IMG/VR virus record: IMGVR_UViG_3300027278_000003
Source: a virus
Taxonomy: Duplodnaviria > Caudoviricetes
Length of the DNA stretch: 64,000 nucleotides
Strand: one strand, 5' to 3'
Shown: one piece after another, positions 18,158 through 26,841 of the stretch
How positions within the stretch are numbered: position 1 is the stretch's first letter
Layout of the letters: each line of letters starts with the position of its first letter
Made by a program: the position numbers and the translations under genes
Notes under the pieces: generated by a model
Database searches by the model: none
The model's input: the letters and a program-made list of their open reading frames with translations, nothing else
What the model was told of the DNA's origin: nothing

Positions 18158-20013
18158 AAAAAGTATATCTTTCACACTTTAGTATTATAATTGATCCTGG
18201 TAAAAACCAGTTTTTACCTTACAGTAGTGCTACACTGTGGAGTTATGTACAAACACAGCAGGATATCATTGATCGTTACGAATTAGGCGGTATGTTTTTT
18301 GAAAAAGATTCATACAGTAATATTATTGATCAACTTGATAATCCTGCGGTGTTTGGTATGAGCTGTTACGTCTGGAATGCAAACTTCAATGATGGGCTTG
18401 CACAACAAATCAAAAAACGCTATCCAGAATGCTTAATAGTATATGGCGGACCGCATCTTCCGCAATCAGCAGATGACGACTGGTGGGGTGAACACTCTTA
18501 TGTTGACGCAGTTGTATATTATGAAGGCGAAAAGGTTTTTGCAGATATACTCAGATGTGAAGACCGCGGTAGCATCGCAGAGATACCAAACGTGTGTGTT
18601 AATTTTGGAAGTCATTGGACATACAGTAACGATCCAACTGCAAACAGAATTCGTGATTTGCAAGTTATTCCATCGCCCTATGCAAGTGAATTATTTAAAA
18701 ATGTACAAGCAAATAATGCAGCATTATTTGAAACACATCGCGGCTGTCCCTATGCGTGTACTTTTTGTGATTGGGGCAGTCTAACATATACAAAAGTAAC
18801 AAAGTATGACATTGATCGTATACGTGCAGATATTGAATGGGCAGCTAAAAATAAAATTGGTTTCCTGTACAATGTTGATGCTAACTTTGGCATTTTTAAA
18901 GAACGTGATCATATAATTGTTGATATGCTTATTGAAGCAAAAGAAAAGTATGGCTATCCAAAGATGTATTTTGTTAATTGGGCAAAGAATGCCAATGAAG
19001 ACATTCTACAAATGGCTAAAAAGCTATACGATGCAAAATTAATTAAAACATTTATTATGAGTTTACAAACATTAACACAGGATGCACTGGAGTTAATTAA
19101 ACGTGATAATATGGATATCAACAAGTATACCTTCTTTGCTAATCGTTGTAAAGAACTTGAACTTCCATTTGACTGTGAATTAATTTTAGGCAACCCAGGT
19201 GAAACAGTAGACGGCTGGAAACAAACGTATTTGACCCTAGCAGACTTCGAGCAGTTAAGTACACAAATATTCCCACTAGCTATTCTTCCTGGCGCAGAAC
19301 TTGCGACAAAAGAAAACCGTGAGCTTTTTGAAATTAAAACAGTTCTAAAACCGTTTCCAGGTGTAGGGCAAGCAGAAGTTCCAGAATATATGGAACAAAT
19401 CGAAAGTACCAAGTGGCTGGCAGCTGATGATATCCGCTATTTGTTTGAATGGACTTGGTGCGCAAGAACAGGACATGAATTTAATTTCATGCGTGACTTT
19501 GCTAATTATGTGGATCGTCATGGTATAATTGATAAGACAGCATTTTATGATCGCTGGCATCACTACGTTAAAAATAGTAATGGTGCTATCAACAGAGTGT
19601 TTAAGTCTGTTGTTGAGCAGCGGGTGGCAAATGGTGTATTTGGTATCGCAATGCAAAGTATGGGATTCAGAGAACATTTGACAATTGAAAAGCGCAGTGA
19701 AACACTGGCAGAGATAGCAGACTTTACTAGCCAATTTGATATGGACCAACGTATACGTGCAGAACTTTTAAAATATTGTGACGCTAGGCTATTTGATATT
19801 ACAGTTGATTACCCAGTGGTTAGGTCATTTGACTACAACTTTATTGACGACATAGATGAACATGTAGAGATAGAATTTACATCAACGCTGTTTGGTGCAT
19901 ATGCAAGTATGGGACAACATTTGCTTGAAGGTAGCGAAGCAGTAACAGAAAACTATAAGTTTAGGAGCGGGCTTGTATGCACATTGACAAAGCCACGAAA
20001 AATTACTTCTTAG
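18154..20013 (+). CDS. cobalamin-binding radical SAM enzyme
   Basis: B12 domain (GMSCYVWN, IVYGGPH) plus ETHRGCPYACTFCDW CxxxCxxC. Confidence 0.9.
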   Translation: MKKVYLSHFSIIIDPGKNQFLPYSSATLWSYVQTQQDIIDRYELGGMFFEKDSYSNIIDQLDNPAVFGMSCYVWNANFNDGLAQQIKKRYPECLIVYGGPHLPQSADDDWWGEHSYVDAVVYYEGEKVFADILRCEDRGSIAEIPNVCVNFGSHWTYSNDPTANRIRDLQVIPSPYASELFKNVQANNAALFETHRGCPYACTFCDWGSLTYTKVTKYDIDRIRADIEWAAKNKIGFLYNVDANFGIFKERDHIIVDMLIEAKEKYGYPKMYFVNWAKNANEDILQMAKKLYDAKLIKTFIMSLQTLTQDALELIKRDNMDINKYTFFANRCKELELPFDCELILGNPGETVDGWKQTYLTLADFEQLSTQIFPLAILPGAELATKENRELFEIKTVLKPFPGVGQAEVPEYMEQIESTKWLAADDIRYLFEWTWCARTGHEFNFMRDFANYVDRHGIIDKTAFYDRWHHYVKNSNGAINRVFKSVVEQRVANGVFGIAMQSMGFREHLTIEKRSETLAEIADFTSQFDMDQRIRAELLKYCDARLFDITVDYPVVRSFDYNFIDDIDEHVEIEFTSTLFGAYASMGQHLLEGSEAVTENYKFRSGLVCTLTKPRKITS

Positions 20014-20531
20014 AAATAGACATAGATTACAATCCAAACGACTTCTTGGAATTATTTGATCGTTACGAACTTGAAATGTATATTGATCGTAACGGGGAGC
20101 CGTTTGGTCTTGAAGTATGCTACGATAAAAAATTGCTAACTGAACCAGTAGTGCAGCATTACGCAAATGTGTTTAAGGACTTTGGTCTGCGATTGGAGTA
20201 TGATCGCCCTGTCGATAATAATAAACATTCTGGGGTAGCAGGATATCAACTAGCCCGCAGCCAATTAAAAGATCGTGGGCTAAACATACATCGCGATGGT
20301 TTTAGGAAGTTTAACATAACTTTTCCTGTTACTTATCCACAAAGTATCAATTGGTATTCTGATAAAACTGGCAGTGGCAAATATACATATGAATATCATA
20401 AAAAAATAGTATGCTGCAATGTTGGTGGCGCATGGCATAATGTTGATCCAAGCACAGAGCCTAGATTACAATTTCAATTTGATTGTTATGTTGATTGGGA
20501 AACTATACCTGGCTTATTAGAAAAAATTTAA
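19977..20531 (+). CDS. cupin/2OG-Fe(II) oxygenase-like protein
   Basis: LNIHRD and distal WHNV..PRLQFQF pattern. Confidence 0.55.
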   Translation: MHIDKATKNYFLEIDIDYNPNDFLELFDRYELEMYIDRNGEPFGLEVCYDKKLLTEPVVQHYANVFKDFGLRLEYDRPVDNNKHSGVAGYQLARSQLKDRGLNIHRDGFRKFNITFPVTYPQSINWYSDKTGSGKYTYEYHKKIVCCNVGGAWHNVDPSTEPRLQFQFDCYVDWETIPGLLEKI

Positions 20532-21240
20532 CATCACGCCAATTTGGGCTATCGATAACTCTATATGTATTAAAGTCATAATATCCCATTCTCTCTGCCA
20601 TTTTTAAATTAGTTATATCGTAAATATGCGAGTAATATTCATTATACATGTCGTCATTATACAACTCGCCGTGTGTCTTCACAGCCCATATATCACGCCT
20701 TGTAAAATTTAGTTTACGATTGTTTATATCATTCAAAAACTGTAGATATTCATTATCCTCGCTAACCAATCCTTCAAACCTTACCCATCCAGGAAATAGA
20801 GCAGTTGTTTGCATGTAACGATCAGCAGTGGTAGTTACATCATTAATAATATTAATGATTTTGCTTTTAGGAAAGAATTTACGTAACTCACTGGGTGTGC
20901 TGTGCGTACAGTAGATAAATTTTTTGTCAGTGTCTGGGGCAACTTCAAGAAAGTTTTTGTAAAACAAACTATAGTAGGCGGCGGGAGAAGGAAAGAAATC
21001 GCTAACATAATCCCACGTTGGCGGCAATTTGCCTAGTGGAACAATACGATCAAAATGTGCTTTGGCTGCATAACGTTGACGAATACTTGTATGTGTAAAG
21101 TGTATATTCCACGGATGTATTCCGTTATCAGGATGGCTATACCAATAATGTTCAGGCATGGCAGCAAGTGTGCGGGCAATACGATGTCCGCCACCGGCTT
21201 GCTCAAAGCTAACAAATATTATACGGTCAAATATATCCAT
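20503..21240 (-). CDS. sulfotransferase-like P-loop protein
   Basis: IIFVSFEQAGGGHRIARTL N-terminus; ATG at 21240. Confidence 0.45.
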   Translation of the reverse strand: MDIFDRIIFVSFEQAGGGHRIARTLAAMPEHYWYSHPDNGIHPWNIHFTHTSIRQRYAAKAHFDRIVPLGKLPPTWDYVSDFFPSPAAYYSLFYKNFLEVAPDTDKKFIYCTHSTPSELRKFFPKSKIINIINDVTTTADRYMQTTALFPGWVRFEGLVSEDNEYLQFLNDINNRKLNFTRRDIWAVKTHGELYNDDMYNEYYSHIYDITNLKMAERMGYYDFNTYRVIDSPNWRDVKFFLISQV

Positions 21241-21742
21241 GTTCTTTAAGTAAATCTCTATAATAAAAATAACTATGATCAAAGAAGTTTATTTGAAAAA
21301 AATGCCTAAACTCCCCGCGACTATCTACTACTTCATGCACTGCTTTATTGTTTTGTAAGTATGCAGCACCACGATGGTAAAGTTTTAAATGATGTTTCTC
21401 TTCTTCGTCCCAGAACGTAGTATAAGTTTCAGTGTAGTTTAGTGGTATAGTGATACTCGCTTGCCTATACATGTCGTCGTGTCTTGGTACATTTCCTGTA
21501 TTTTTTAGCAACATGCAACTACCTGCAAGCTCAAGTGCAACTGGATATAATTGTTTAACACATTCAGGAATATCTTGTATGTCACGTGCTAGATAATTTC
21601 CGTCCCAAACTTCTTCACCGGTGTGTTCGTCAGTAAACCAAAATTGTTCGTAATTATATGACGACTGCCATTGAAACAATTCATTAATCTGATCAGCTGA
21701 TGGTTGAATATGCAATTTACAAAAATAATCACAAGCGTCCAT
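21227..21742 (-). CDS. cupin/2OG-Fe(II) oxygenase-like protein
   Basis: VPRHDD..SITIPL..HEV..RHFFQINF. Confidence 0.55.
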   Translation of the reverse strand: MDACDYFCKLHIQPSADQINELFQWQSSYNYEQFWFTDEHTGEEVWDGNYLARDIQDIPECVKQLYPVALELAGSCMLLKNTGNVPRHDDMYRQASITIPLNYTETYTTFWDEEEKHHLKLYHRGAAYLQNNKAVHEVVDSRGEFRHFFQINFFDHSYFYYRDLLKEHGYI

Positions 21743-22430
21743 GATAATATAACTCTCCAGTTTTTGACATGCTTACATGATCACGTGTATTAAACCAGTC
21801 ATCATACACGCAGATATCCCCTTTGATTAACAGCTCGTTGCCACTCAAGTAATGCTGGCAATAGAATCTGTCCCCTAGTATAGATGCGCCGCTGACCCCT
21901 GTGTTCTTATAAAGTTTAACTTGATCAATTGATCTGAACACTGTATTAATTGCACATGGCCCAACCTCAGTCATACCCCAATTAGCCATAAAGGTAGCAC
22001 CTCGGTTAACGAAAGCTTCTATAATATCCCATGTAACAGGATCACTACCACACGTTACCCATATTCCTGTCAAATCGAGATCCGTAAATCCCTTGGTCAT
22101 CATGATTGCTCTAGCGTGGTTGGGAGTAACGTGTGTATGTGTATACTTGTGTATTTCCTTTACAAATCTATATGCGTTAAAATCTTCTATTACAACATCG
22201 GCACCAATACTATATGCTGGCAATGTTTGTGCAAGTAATCCGCCTGCATGTTGTGTTTTGCAAACAGTATATATTCTACTATTGCTAGTAATTTCCTGAC
22301 TGTCAATTGCAGTGGCATTAGCTGCACGTAGTTTTTCAGGAGATTGAAATATAACTTTTGGTTCACCAGTAGTACCACTACTGCGTAACTCGCCGCCGTT
22401 CGAAAGCCAATTATTTAGATCTAGGTTCAT
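21729..22430 (-). CDS. short AMP-binding (ANL) domain protein
   Basis: SSGTTGEPK and WGMTEVGP motifs; only 233 aa. Confidence 0.75.
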   Translation of the reverse strand: MNLDLNNWLSNGGELRSSGTTGEPKVIFQSPEKLRAANATAIDSQEITSNSRIYTVCKTQHAGGLLAQTLPAYSIGADVVIEDFNAYRFVKEIHKYTHTHVTPNHARAIMMTKGFTDLDLTGIWVTCGSDPVTWDIIEAFVNRGATFMANWGMTEVGPCAINTVFRSIDQVKLYKNTGVSGASILGDRFYCQHYLSGNELLIKGDICVYDDWFNTRDHVSMSKTGELYYHGRL

Positions 22431-22698
22431 TTAGTTCTTTCCGTAATTCGTCCCAGACTGGGTGGTGCGGCAAAAACTTGTGTAACCCAATAGTTTGTTT
22501 CACCACCATTTCAAGTAACTTAAAATTAAACAGTGGTGGAATAAAAGCATGAACAACACTAGCAATGCAAAGAAGAAATTGATAGCCTGCTTCTTTCAAT
22601 CCTATACCCAAATGTACAAAATAATTTGATTTAGAACTTCCATTTAATTCACTTGCGTCATGCAAATGTTTATAATTCCACCATCCAGTTAGTTTCAT
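22411..22698 (-). CDS. small hypothetical protein
   Basis: 95 aa; YFVHL..ASVVHAFIP. Confidence 0.6.
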   Translation of the reverse strand: MKLTGWWNYKHLHDASELNGSSKSNYFVHLGIGLKEAGYQFLLCIASVVHAFIPPLFNFKLLEMVVKQTIGLHKFLPHHPVWDELRKELNEPRSK

Positions 22699-23300
22699 AG
22701 TATAGTTATTCCTTGTGATAACATTGCCTGTGTCTCCTGCTCTGCACTTCCGTCTAAATCAATAGCAGCACATGCGTCTTTAATGACAGACACCTTATAC
22801 CCAAGTCTGGCTGCATCTTTTGCGCTCCAGGCAACACAAAAATCATAAGCTACCCCAACAAAGCACAGATCGCTAATACCACGTTCCTGCAAGTAACCAT
22901 GCAACCCAGTAGGCGTAACATGGTCGTTTTCGTAAAATGCACTATAGCTGTCTATGTCTACTCTAAAGCCCTTGCGGATAATTAGTTGTGCCTTGTGTTG
23001 CACTAGTTCGCCGACTAAATCAGCCCCATAGCTATATTCTACACAATGTTCTGGCCAGAGAGTTTGTGGTCCATACGGCATATCAATGACAGTGTGTTCA
23101 GGCAGTCCATGGACTTCACAAAAGCTACTGTGGTTATTTGGATGCCAGTCTTGTGTTATAATGATGTTGTCATAGTGTTCCTGTAATGCGTTTATTTTTG
23201 GGATAACATTTTCAGCACTGCTAACGGGCAAACTGCCCCAGCTCATGAAATCATTTTGTACATCAATAATGATTAGAGCACTATTCGCCGTACATGTCAT
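22695..23300 (-). CDS. pncA: nicotinamidase/pyrazinamidase
   Basis: IIDVQNDF, QDWHP, WPEHCV, RKG..DSYSAF, GVAYDFCV catalytic motifs. Confidence 0.92.
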   Translation of the reverse strand: MTCTANSALIIIDVQNDFMSWGSLPVSSAENVIPKINALQEHYDNIIITQDWHPNNHSSFCEVHGLPEHTVIDMPYGPQTLWPEHCVEYSYGADLVGELVQHKAQLIIRKGFRVDIDSYSAFYENDHVTPTGLHGYLQERGISDLCFVGVAYDFCVAWSAKDAARLGYKVSVIKDACAAIDLDGSAEQETQAMLSQGITIL

Positions 23301-24024
23301 GATACCACCTTGCACGTATGTTGTGCAACTCAAAATAATCGTCATCCATCCATTCTGGATTGCTTTTTAGGATATTGATCTCCATGCATGAAGGCGTTGG
23401 ATGCAATACCCATTCTGCACTTTGTGTTACAATCTCGATTGGCTGCAACACGTATGTCTTGTCAATAAATGGACGTTCACCAGCAAGTTGCGAGCCATCA
23501 GTAGTACTGACATTCACGAATAGACTACTTACTTTGTTATTGTTAGCGTGGTCACCATAAAACTTTCTAAACAAACCACGCAGTTTATCCTTAGCACGTG
23601 TAAAACTATTCCAATAAGGAACGTCGTACAAGTCAGCAGTTGAACCAATGGCTACAATGCGTAGATGTTCGCAATTCTTCACCAAGTTATACAACGCTGG
23701 GGTAGCGTTTTCAAAAGTAGTAACATTGCTGTGATAAATGCTGTCATCTAAGCCATCACCAGTGGTATCAATGATGGGATGATTTTCATCCTCGAACCTA
23801 AACTCACCGGGCAAATGTATGTACACTATTTGTTCATCAACTATATCCCAAAACACATCCGGATCTACTGGATTGGATAAATTGCATTCAATGTGTACAT
23901 ACTCTAAGTCGTCTACTCGAGTATCGCTTCTGGATATACCGTAAATTTTTCCGTATTGTTTTAGAAAATGTGCATACTCTAAACCAATGTCACTGCGTAT
24001 GCCTGCTATAATAAATGTTGTCAA
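23281..24024 (-). CDS. SDR-like Rossmann-fold oxidoreductase
   Basis: FIIAGIRSDIG start; YWNSFTRAK where the YxxxK motif would sit. Confidence 0.6.
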   Translation of the reverse strand: MTTFIIAGIRSDIGLEYAHFLKQYGKIYGISRSDTRVDDLEYVHIECNLSNPVDPDVFWDIVDEQIVYIHLPGEFRFEDENHPIIDTTGDGLDDSIYHSNVTTFENATPALYNLVKNCEHLRIVAIGSTADLYDVPYWNSFTRAKDKLRGLFRKFYGDHANNNKVSSLFVNVSTTDGSQLAGERPFIDKTYVLQPIEIVTQSAEWVLHPTPSCMEINILKSNPEWMDDDYFELHNIRARWYHDMYGE

Positions 24025-24530
24025 CCTCTTACCTCAGTATATTTTTCTTTGTTTAATACCCATACATTCTGTAGCGTATTGTATAATTCTTCTTCTCCAA
24101 CGTGAGATACCACTCCATACTTAGCCAAGTGATGAAATGTTCTATCTACCTTTGACATACGCCCACTTGCGTCATTTTCTATATTAGTAGTAACGTAAAT
24201 AGGCGCATCACCAGCGAATTCCATTTGCAATGGCATCTGACAATAAAAACAATGACTTTGCATATGATATCGGTTCATTCCAGCATTTCGCGGATACAAC
24301 TGTGCGCCACGAAATAATCCACGATAACCATCCTTAAACGGATGTATACCGCTCAGGCTGATGATATCATCTTCTTCATCATATGTAGCAAACCAAGCCC
24401 CACCAGTTTCTATACACCAGTCGAACTTCATTGCTTTTAGTGAGTTATTATTTTTATATCCTAGAATATCGCATCTTCTAGTAAAGTCGATAAGTTTCTT
24501 ATCAACTTCATTAATTCTTGTTGTAAGCAT
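24021..24530 (-). CDS. hypothetical protein, possible GNAT fold
   Basis: 169 aa; fold call tentative. Confidence 0.45.
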   Translation of the reverse strand: MLTTRINEVDKKLIDFTRRCDILGYKNNNSLKAMKFDWCIETGGAWFATYDEEDDIISLSGIHPFKDGYRGLFRGAQLYPRNAGMNRYHMQSHCFYCQMPLQMEFAGDAPIYVTTNIENDASGRMSKVDRTFHHLAKYGVVSHVGEEELYNTLQNVWVLNKEKYTEVRG

Positions 24531-24536
24531 TTTTAA

Positions 24537-24564
24537 ATTATAACATATTTCTGTTGATTGTCAA
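24537..24564 (-). promoter_or_regulatory. sigma70 promoter for the minus-strand block
   Basis: Reverse strand TTGACA-N16-TATAAT just upstream of 24530. Confidence 0.7.
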
Positions 24565-24612
24565 AGCAAAGTGTAGTATATAAATATTTATACATGTAAA
24601 GGAGGGTCCACT

Positions 24613-25740
24613 ATGGACAAGTTAGAACAATACATTAGGGATAACACTTTCGAGCGCCCTACTCTTGTCCTGGATGTGGGCAAGGTCGAACAAAATTATA
24701 AACAACTAAAAACAGGTCTAGGCGATGCACATATTCATTATGCTGTTAAAGCAAACCCTCAAAAAGAAATATTAGAGACACTGGTTAGACTAGGCTCTCG
24801 CTTTGATGCAGCTAGCATGGGTGAGATCATGTTATGTCTAAATGCTGGTGCTCGCCCAGAGCATATTAGCTTTGGCAACACTATTAAACGTGTACAGGAT
24901 ATTCAGTTTGCATATCAGGCAGGCATTAGACTATACGCGGCAGATGCAGAAGAAGAACTGGAAAAGATCGCAGTACACGCACCTGGCAGTGCAGTATTCA
25001 TTCGTGTGCTTATTCATAATACTGAAGCTGAATGGCCACTGAGCCGTAAGTTTGGTTGCAACAGTAACTATGTACTACCACTGTTTGAATATGCTACAAA
25101 GCTAGGACTACTACCATGTGGCATCAGCTTCCATATTGGCAGTCAGACACGACACCCAGAAATGTGGGAAGAAAACTTAGAAATGATGAGCCGCATCTGG
25201 CATGAATGTGCAGATGCAGGGTTCAACATGGATATGCTTAACTTGGGCGGTGGCTTTCCAGCTTACTATGGTGTTGAAATTACAGAGCCAGAATCATATG
25301 CACGTGAACTACGCCGCATGGTAGCTGAAAAGTTTGGTGAAGTAAAATACATTATGGCTGAACCAGGCCGCGGCATGGTGGGTAACTGTGGTTATCTGGC
25401 TGCGAGCGTACTACTGGTATCACGCAAGACACCAGGCGATAATATTCGCTGGGTATACCTGGACGCAGGACGTTTCAACGGACTAGCTGAGACAGAAGGC
25501 GAAGCAATTAAGTATCAGTTTGTATTTCCAGGCAAAGACAATGATGATACAGATTACTGCAACGTAGCAGGGCCAACCTGTGATAGTGCTGATGTACTTT
25601 ACAATCAAAACAAAGTGCTGATGCCCAATACTCTTGCATGTGGCGACAAGGTCATTATCAAGAACTGCGGCGCATACACTACAACATATTCAACAGTTGC
25701 CTTCAACGGGTTCCCGCCACTGGGAGTAGTTGTGATATGA
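24613..25740 (+). CDS. fold-type III PLP-dependent ornithine/lysine decarboxylase
   Basis: HYAVKANP (PLP Lys), FHIGSQ, NLGGGF, AEPGR, GPTCDSAD. Confidence 0.93.
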   Translation: MDKLEQYIRDNTFERPTLVLDVGKVEQNYKQLKTGLGDAHIHYAVKANPQKEILETLVRLGSRFDAASMGEIMLCLNAGARPEHISFGNTIKRVQDIQFAYQAGIRLYAADAEEELEKIAVHAPGSAVFIRVLIHNTEAEWPLSRKFGCNSNYVLPLFEYATKLGLLPCGISFHIGSQTRHPEMWEENLEMMSRIWHECADAGFNMDMLNLGGGFPAYYGVEITEPESYARELRRMVAEKFGEVKYIMAEPGRGMVGNCGYLAASVLLVSRKTPGDNIRWVYLDAGRFNGLAETEGEAIKYQFVFPGKDNDDTDYCNVAGPTCDSADVLYNQNKVLMPNTLACGDKVIIKNCGAYTTTYSTVAFNGFPPLGVVVI

Positions 25741-25925
25741 TGAAGCCCAAGAACAAGTATTTGCTTTATATAATGGCAAATGATCCTTGGGCAAAAATAT
25801 TCTGGCGAGTTTACTTCTGGTGGGGCATACGACAAGCACACAAGCGTAGACTCGCTAATGAAGCACGAATTGCTGCACTTCCCAAGCTGACGGGTGAAGA
25901 ATGGTGGGAAAGTCAAAAAAAGTGA
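25737..25925 (+). CDS. small hypothetical protein
   Basis: 62 aa, ATGA overlap with decarboxylase stop. Confidence 0.55.
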   Translation: MMKPKNKYLLYIMANDPWAKIFWRVYFWWGIRQAHKRRLANEARIAALPKLTGEEWWESQKK

Positions 25926-25942
25926 AAAAAGTGAAAAAACAC

Positions 25943-25972
25943 TTGACATTTGCGGTTCGTCGTGTATAAATA
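25943..25972 (+). promoter_or_regulatory. promoter upstream of leader peptide
   Basis: TTGACA-N16-TATAAA, also TATAAATA. Confidence 0.7.
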
Positions 25973-26006
25973 AAGTATAAGTTAAAACAAAGGAATAGAA
26001 CTTTCA

Positions 26007-26087
26007 ATGAAACACAGTATGCACATTATTAGCTTTAGTAAAGAGTGGTATCGCTGTGGTATCACTGAGGGTTCGCGTATGGCATAG
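26007..26087 (+). CDS. 26-aa leader peptide MKHSMHIISFSKEWYRCGITEGSRMA
   Basis: AAGGAA RBS; ends TAG 25 nt before a terminator and contains the antiterminator strand. Confidence 0.7.
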   Translation: MKHSMHIISFSKEWYRCGITEGSRMA

Positions 26088-26111
26088 ACAGCCTTACATT
26101 CCAAACTAGGA

Positions 26112-26146
26112 AAGAACCCTCCCTGCGTAAGCAAGGAGGGTTTTTT
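26112..26146 (+). terminator. intrinsic terminator of attenuator
   Basis: AACCCTCCCTGC-GTAA-GCAAGGAGGGTT then T-run; 5' arm GAACCCTC is complementary to GAGGGTTC at 26067-26074. Confidence 0.85.
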
Positions 26147-26176
26147 CATTTTAAGGCAAAAAAGTTAAAAAAACTA

Positions 26177-26206
26177 CTTGACAACCAAGACGTTTTGCTT
26201 TATAAC
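26177..26206 (+). promoter_or_regulatory. second sigma70-type promoter before ncRNA/tRNA array
   Basis: TTGACA-N18-TATAAC. Confidence 0.55.
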
Positions 26207-26342
26207 TAAAAATGTAGACAGTGAGTTGTTTACACGCTTTTTGAAAATTTGGTAACAGAATTAGTTCTTAGTTTCGGCGATGATAGAACGGTAAGTAGAG
26301 TAATACATGCACCAACATGTATTCATTGAACTCTACTTACAC

Positions 26343-26446
26343 GTATGTTAGAGATGGGAGTAGCATGGTTCGACTCCGTGCGTGGTTGGGTTGACCTATG
26401 TAAAAAGCCGGCGGGCGCTCGCTGTTTCAAAGACAGACTAACATAC
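26343..26446 (+). ncRNA. structured RNA with T-arm mimic inside a closing stem
   Basis: GTATGTTAG/CTAACATAC closing stem; GCATGG-TTCGACT-CCGTGC hairpin. Confidence 0.55.
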
Positions 26447-26447
26447 T

Positions 26448-26568
26448 TGTAAGTAGAGACAACGATTCTATTTTCACATACACAGCTAACTAACAGAGGG
26501 CCGTCCGGGGGTCGTTATGCTAAGGTACTGTGTAGCTGTAAGTAGAGACAATGATTCTGTTTTCACAT
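26448..26568 (+). repeat. 32-nt direct repeat, two copies
   Basis: TGTAAGTAGAGACAAYGATTCTRTTTTCACAT at 26448-26479 and 26537-26568; partial GTAAGTAGAG at 26291. Confidence 0.9.
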
Positions 26569-26658
26569 GCTCTTTAGTCCGTAATGGCGCACGGTTAGTT
26601 TCGCCCATTTAGTTGGTTGGACTGGTTCGAATCCAAAAAGAGCAGATGAAAACAGAAT
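26554..26658 (+). ncRNA. tRNA-like module with acceptor stem extended into long duplex, no CCA
   Basis: ATTCTGTTTTCA/TGAAAACAGAAT plus TGCTCT/AGAGCA; D-like CCGT-loop-ACGG; GGTTCGAATCC. Confidence 0.6.
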
Positions 26659-26659
26659 T

Positions 26660-26743
26660 GGTCAGTGGCCCGGATGGTAAGGGGATGGATTGCAAATCCA
26701 TAGCACTGTAAAGTAGCGTGTTCGATTCACATACTGACCTCCA
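26660..26743 (+). tRNA. tRNA-Cys(GCA) with long variable arm
   Basis: GGTCAGT/ACTGACC, ATGGA-TTGCAAA-TCCAT, extra ACT-GTAA-AGT arm, TCCA end. Confidence 0.75.
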
Positions 26744-26749
26744 AATAAC

Positions 26750-26824
26750 GATGCGGTAGCACAACGGTAGTGCGCTGGTCTCATACGCCAATGGTTGCTG
26801 GTTCGAATCCAGCCTGCATCACCA
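26750..26824 (+). tRNA. tRNA-CAT (Met or Ile2)
   Basis: Cloverleaf, loop CTCATAC, ACCA. Confidence 0.85.
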
Positions 26825-26841
26825 AACAAAGGAAGAAAGAA

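Noticed and set aside
24613-25740. Putrescinyl-thymine DNA modification pathway
   Set aside because: No hmdU synthase, 5-hmU kinase or amino-transferase partner of that pathway is recognisable in the window
26448-26568. CRISPR mini-array
   Set aside because: Only two repeat copies, a 57-nt self-folding spacer and no cas genes in the window; kept as a plain repeat
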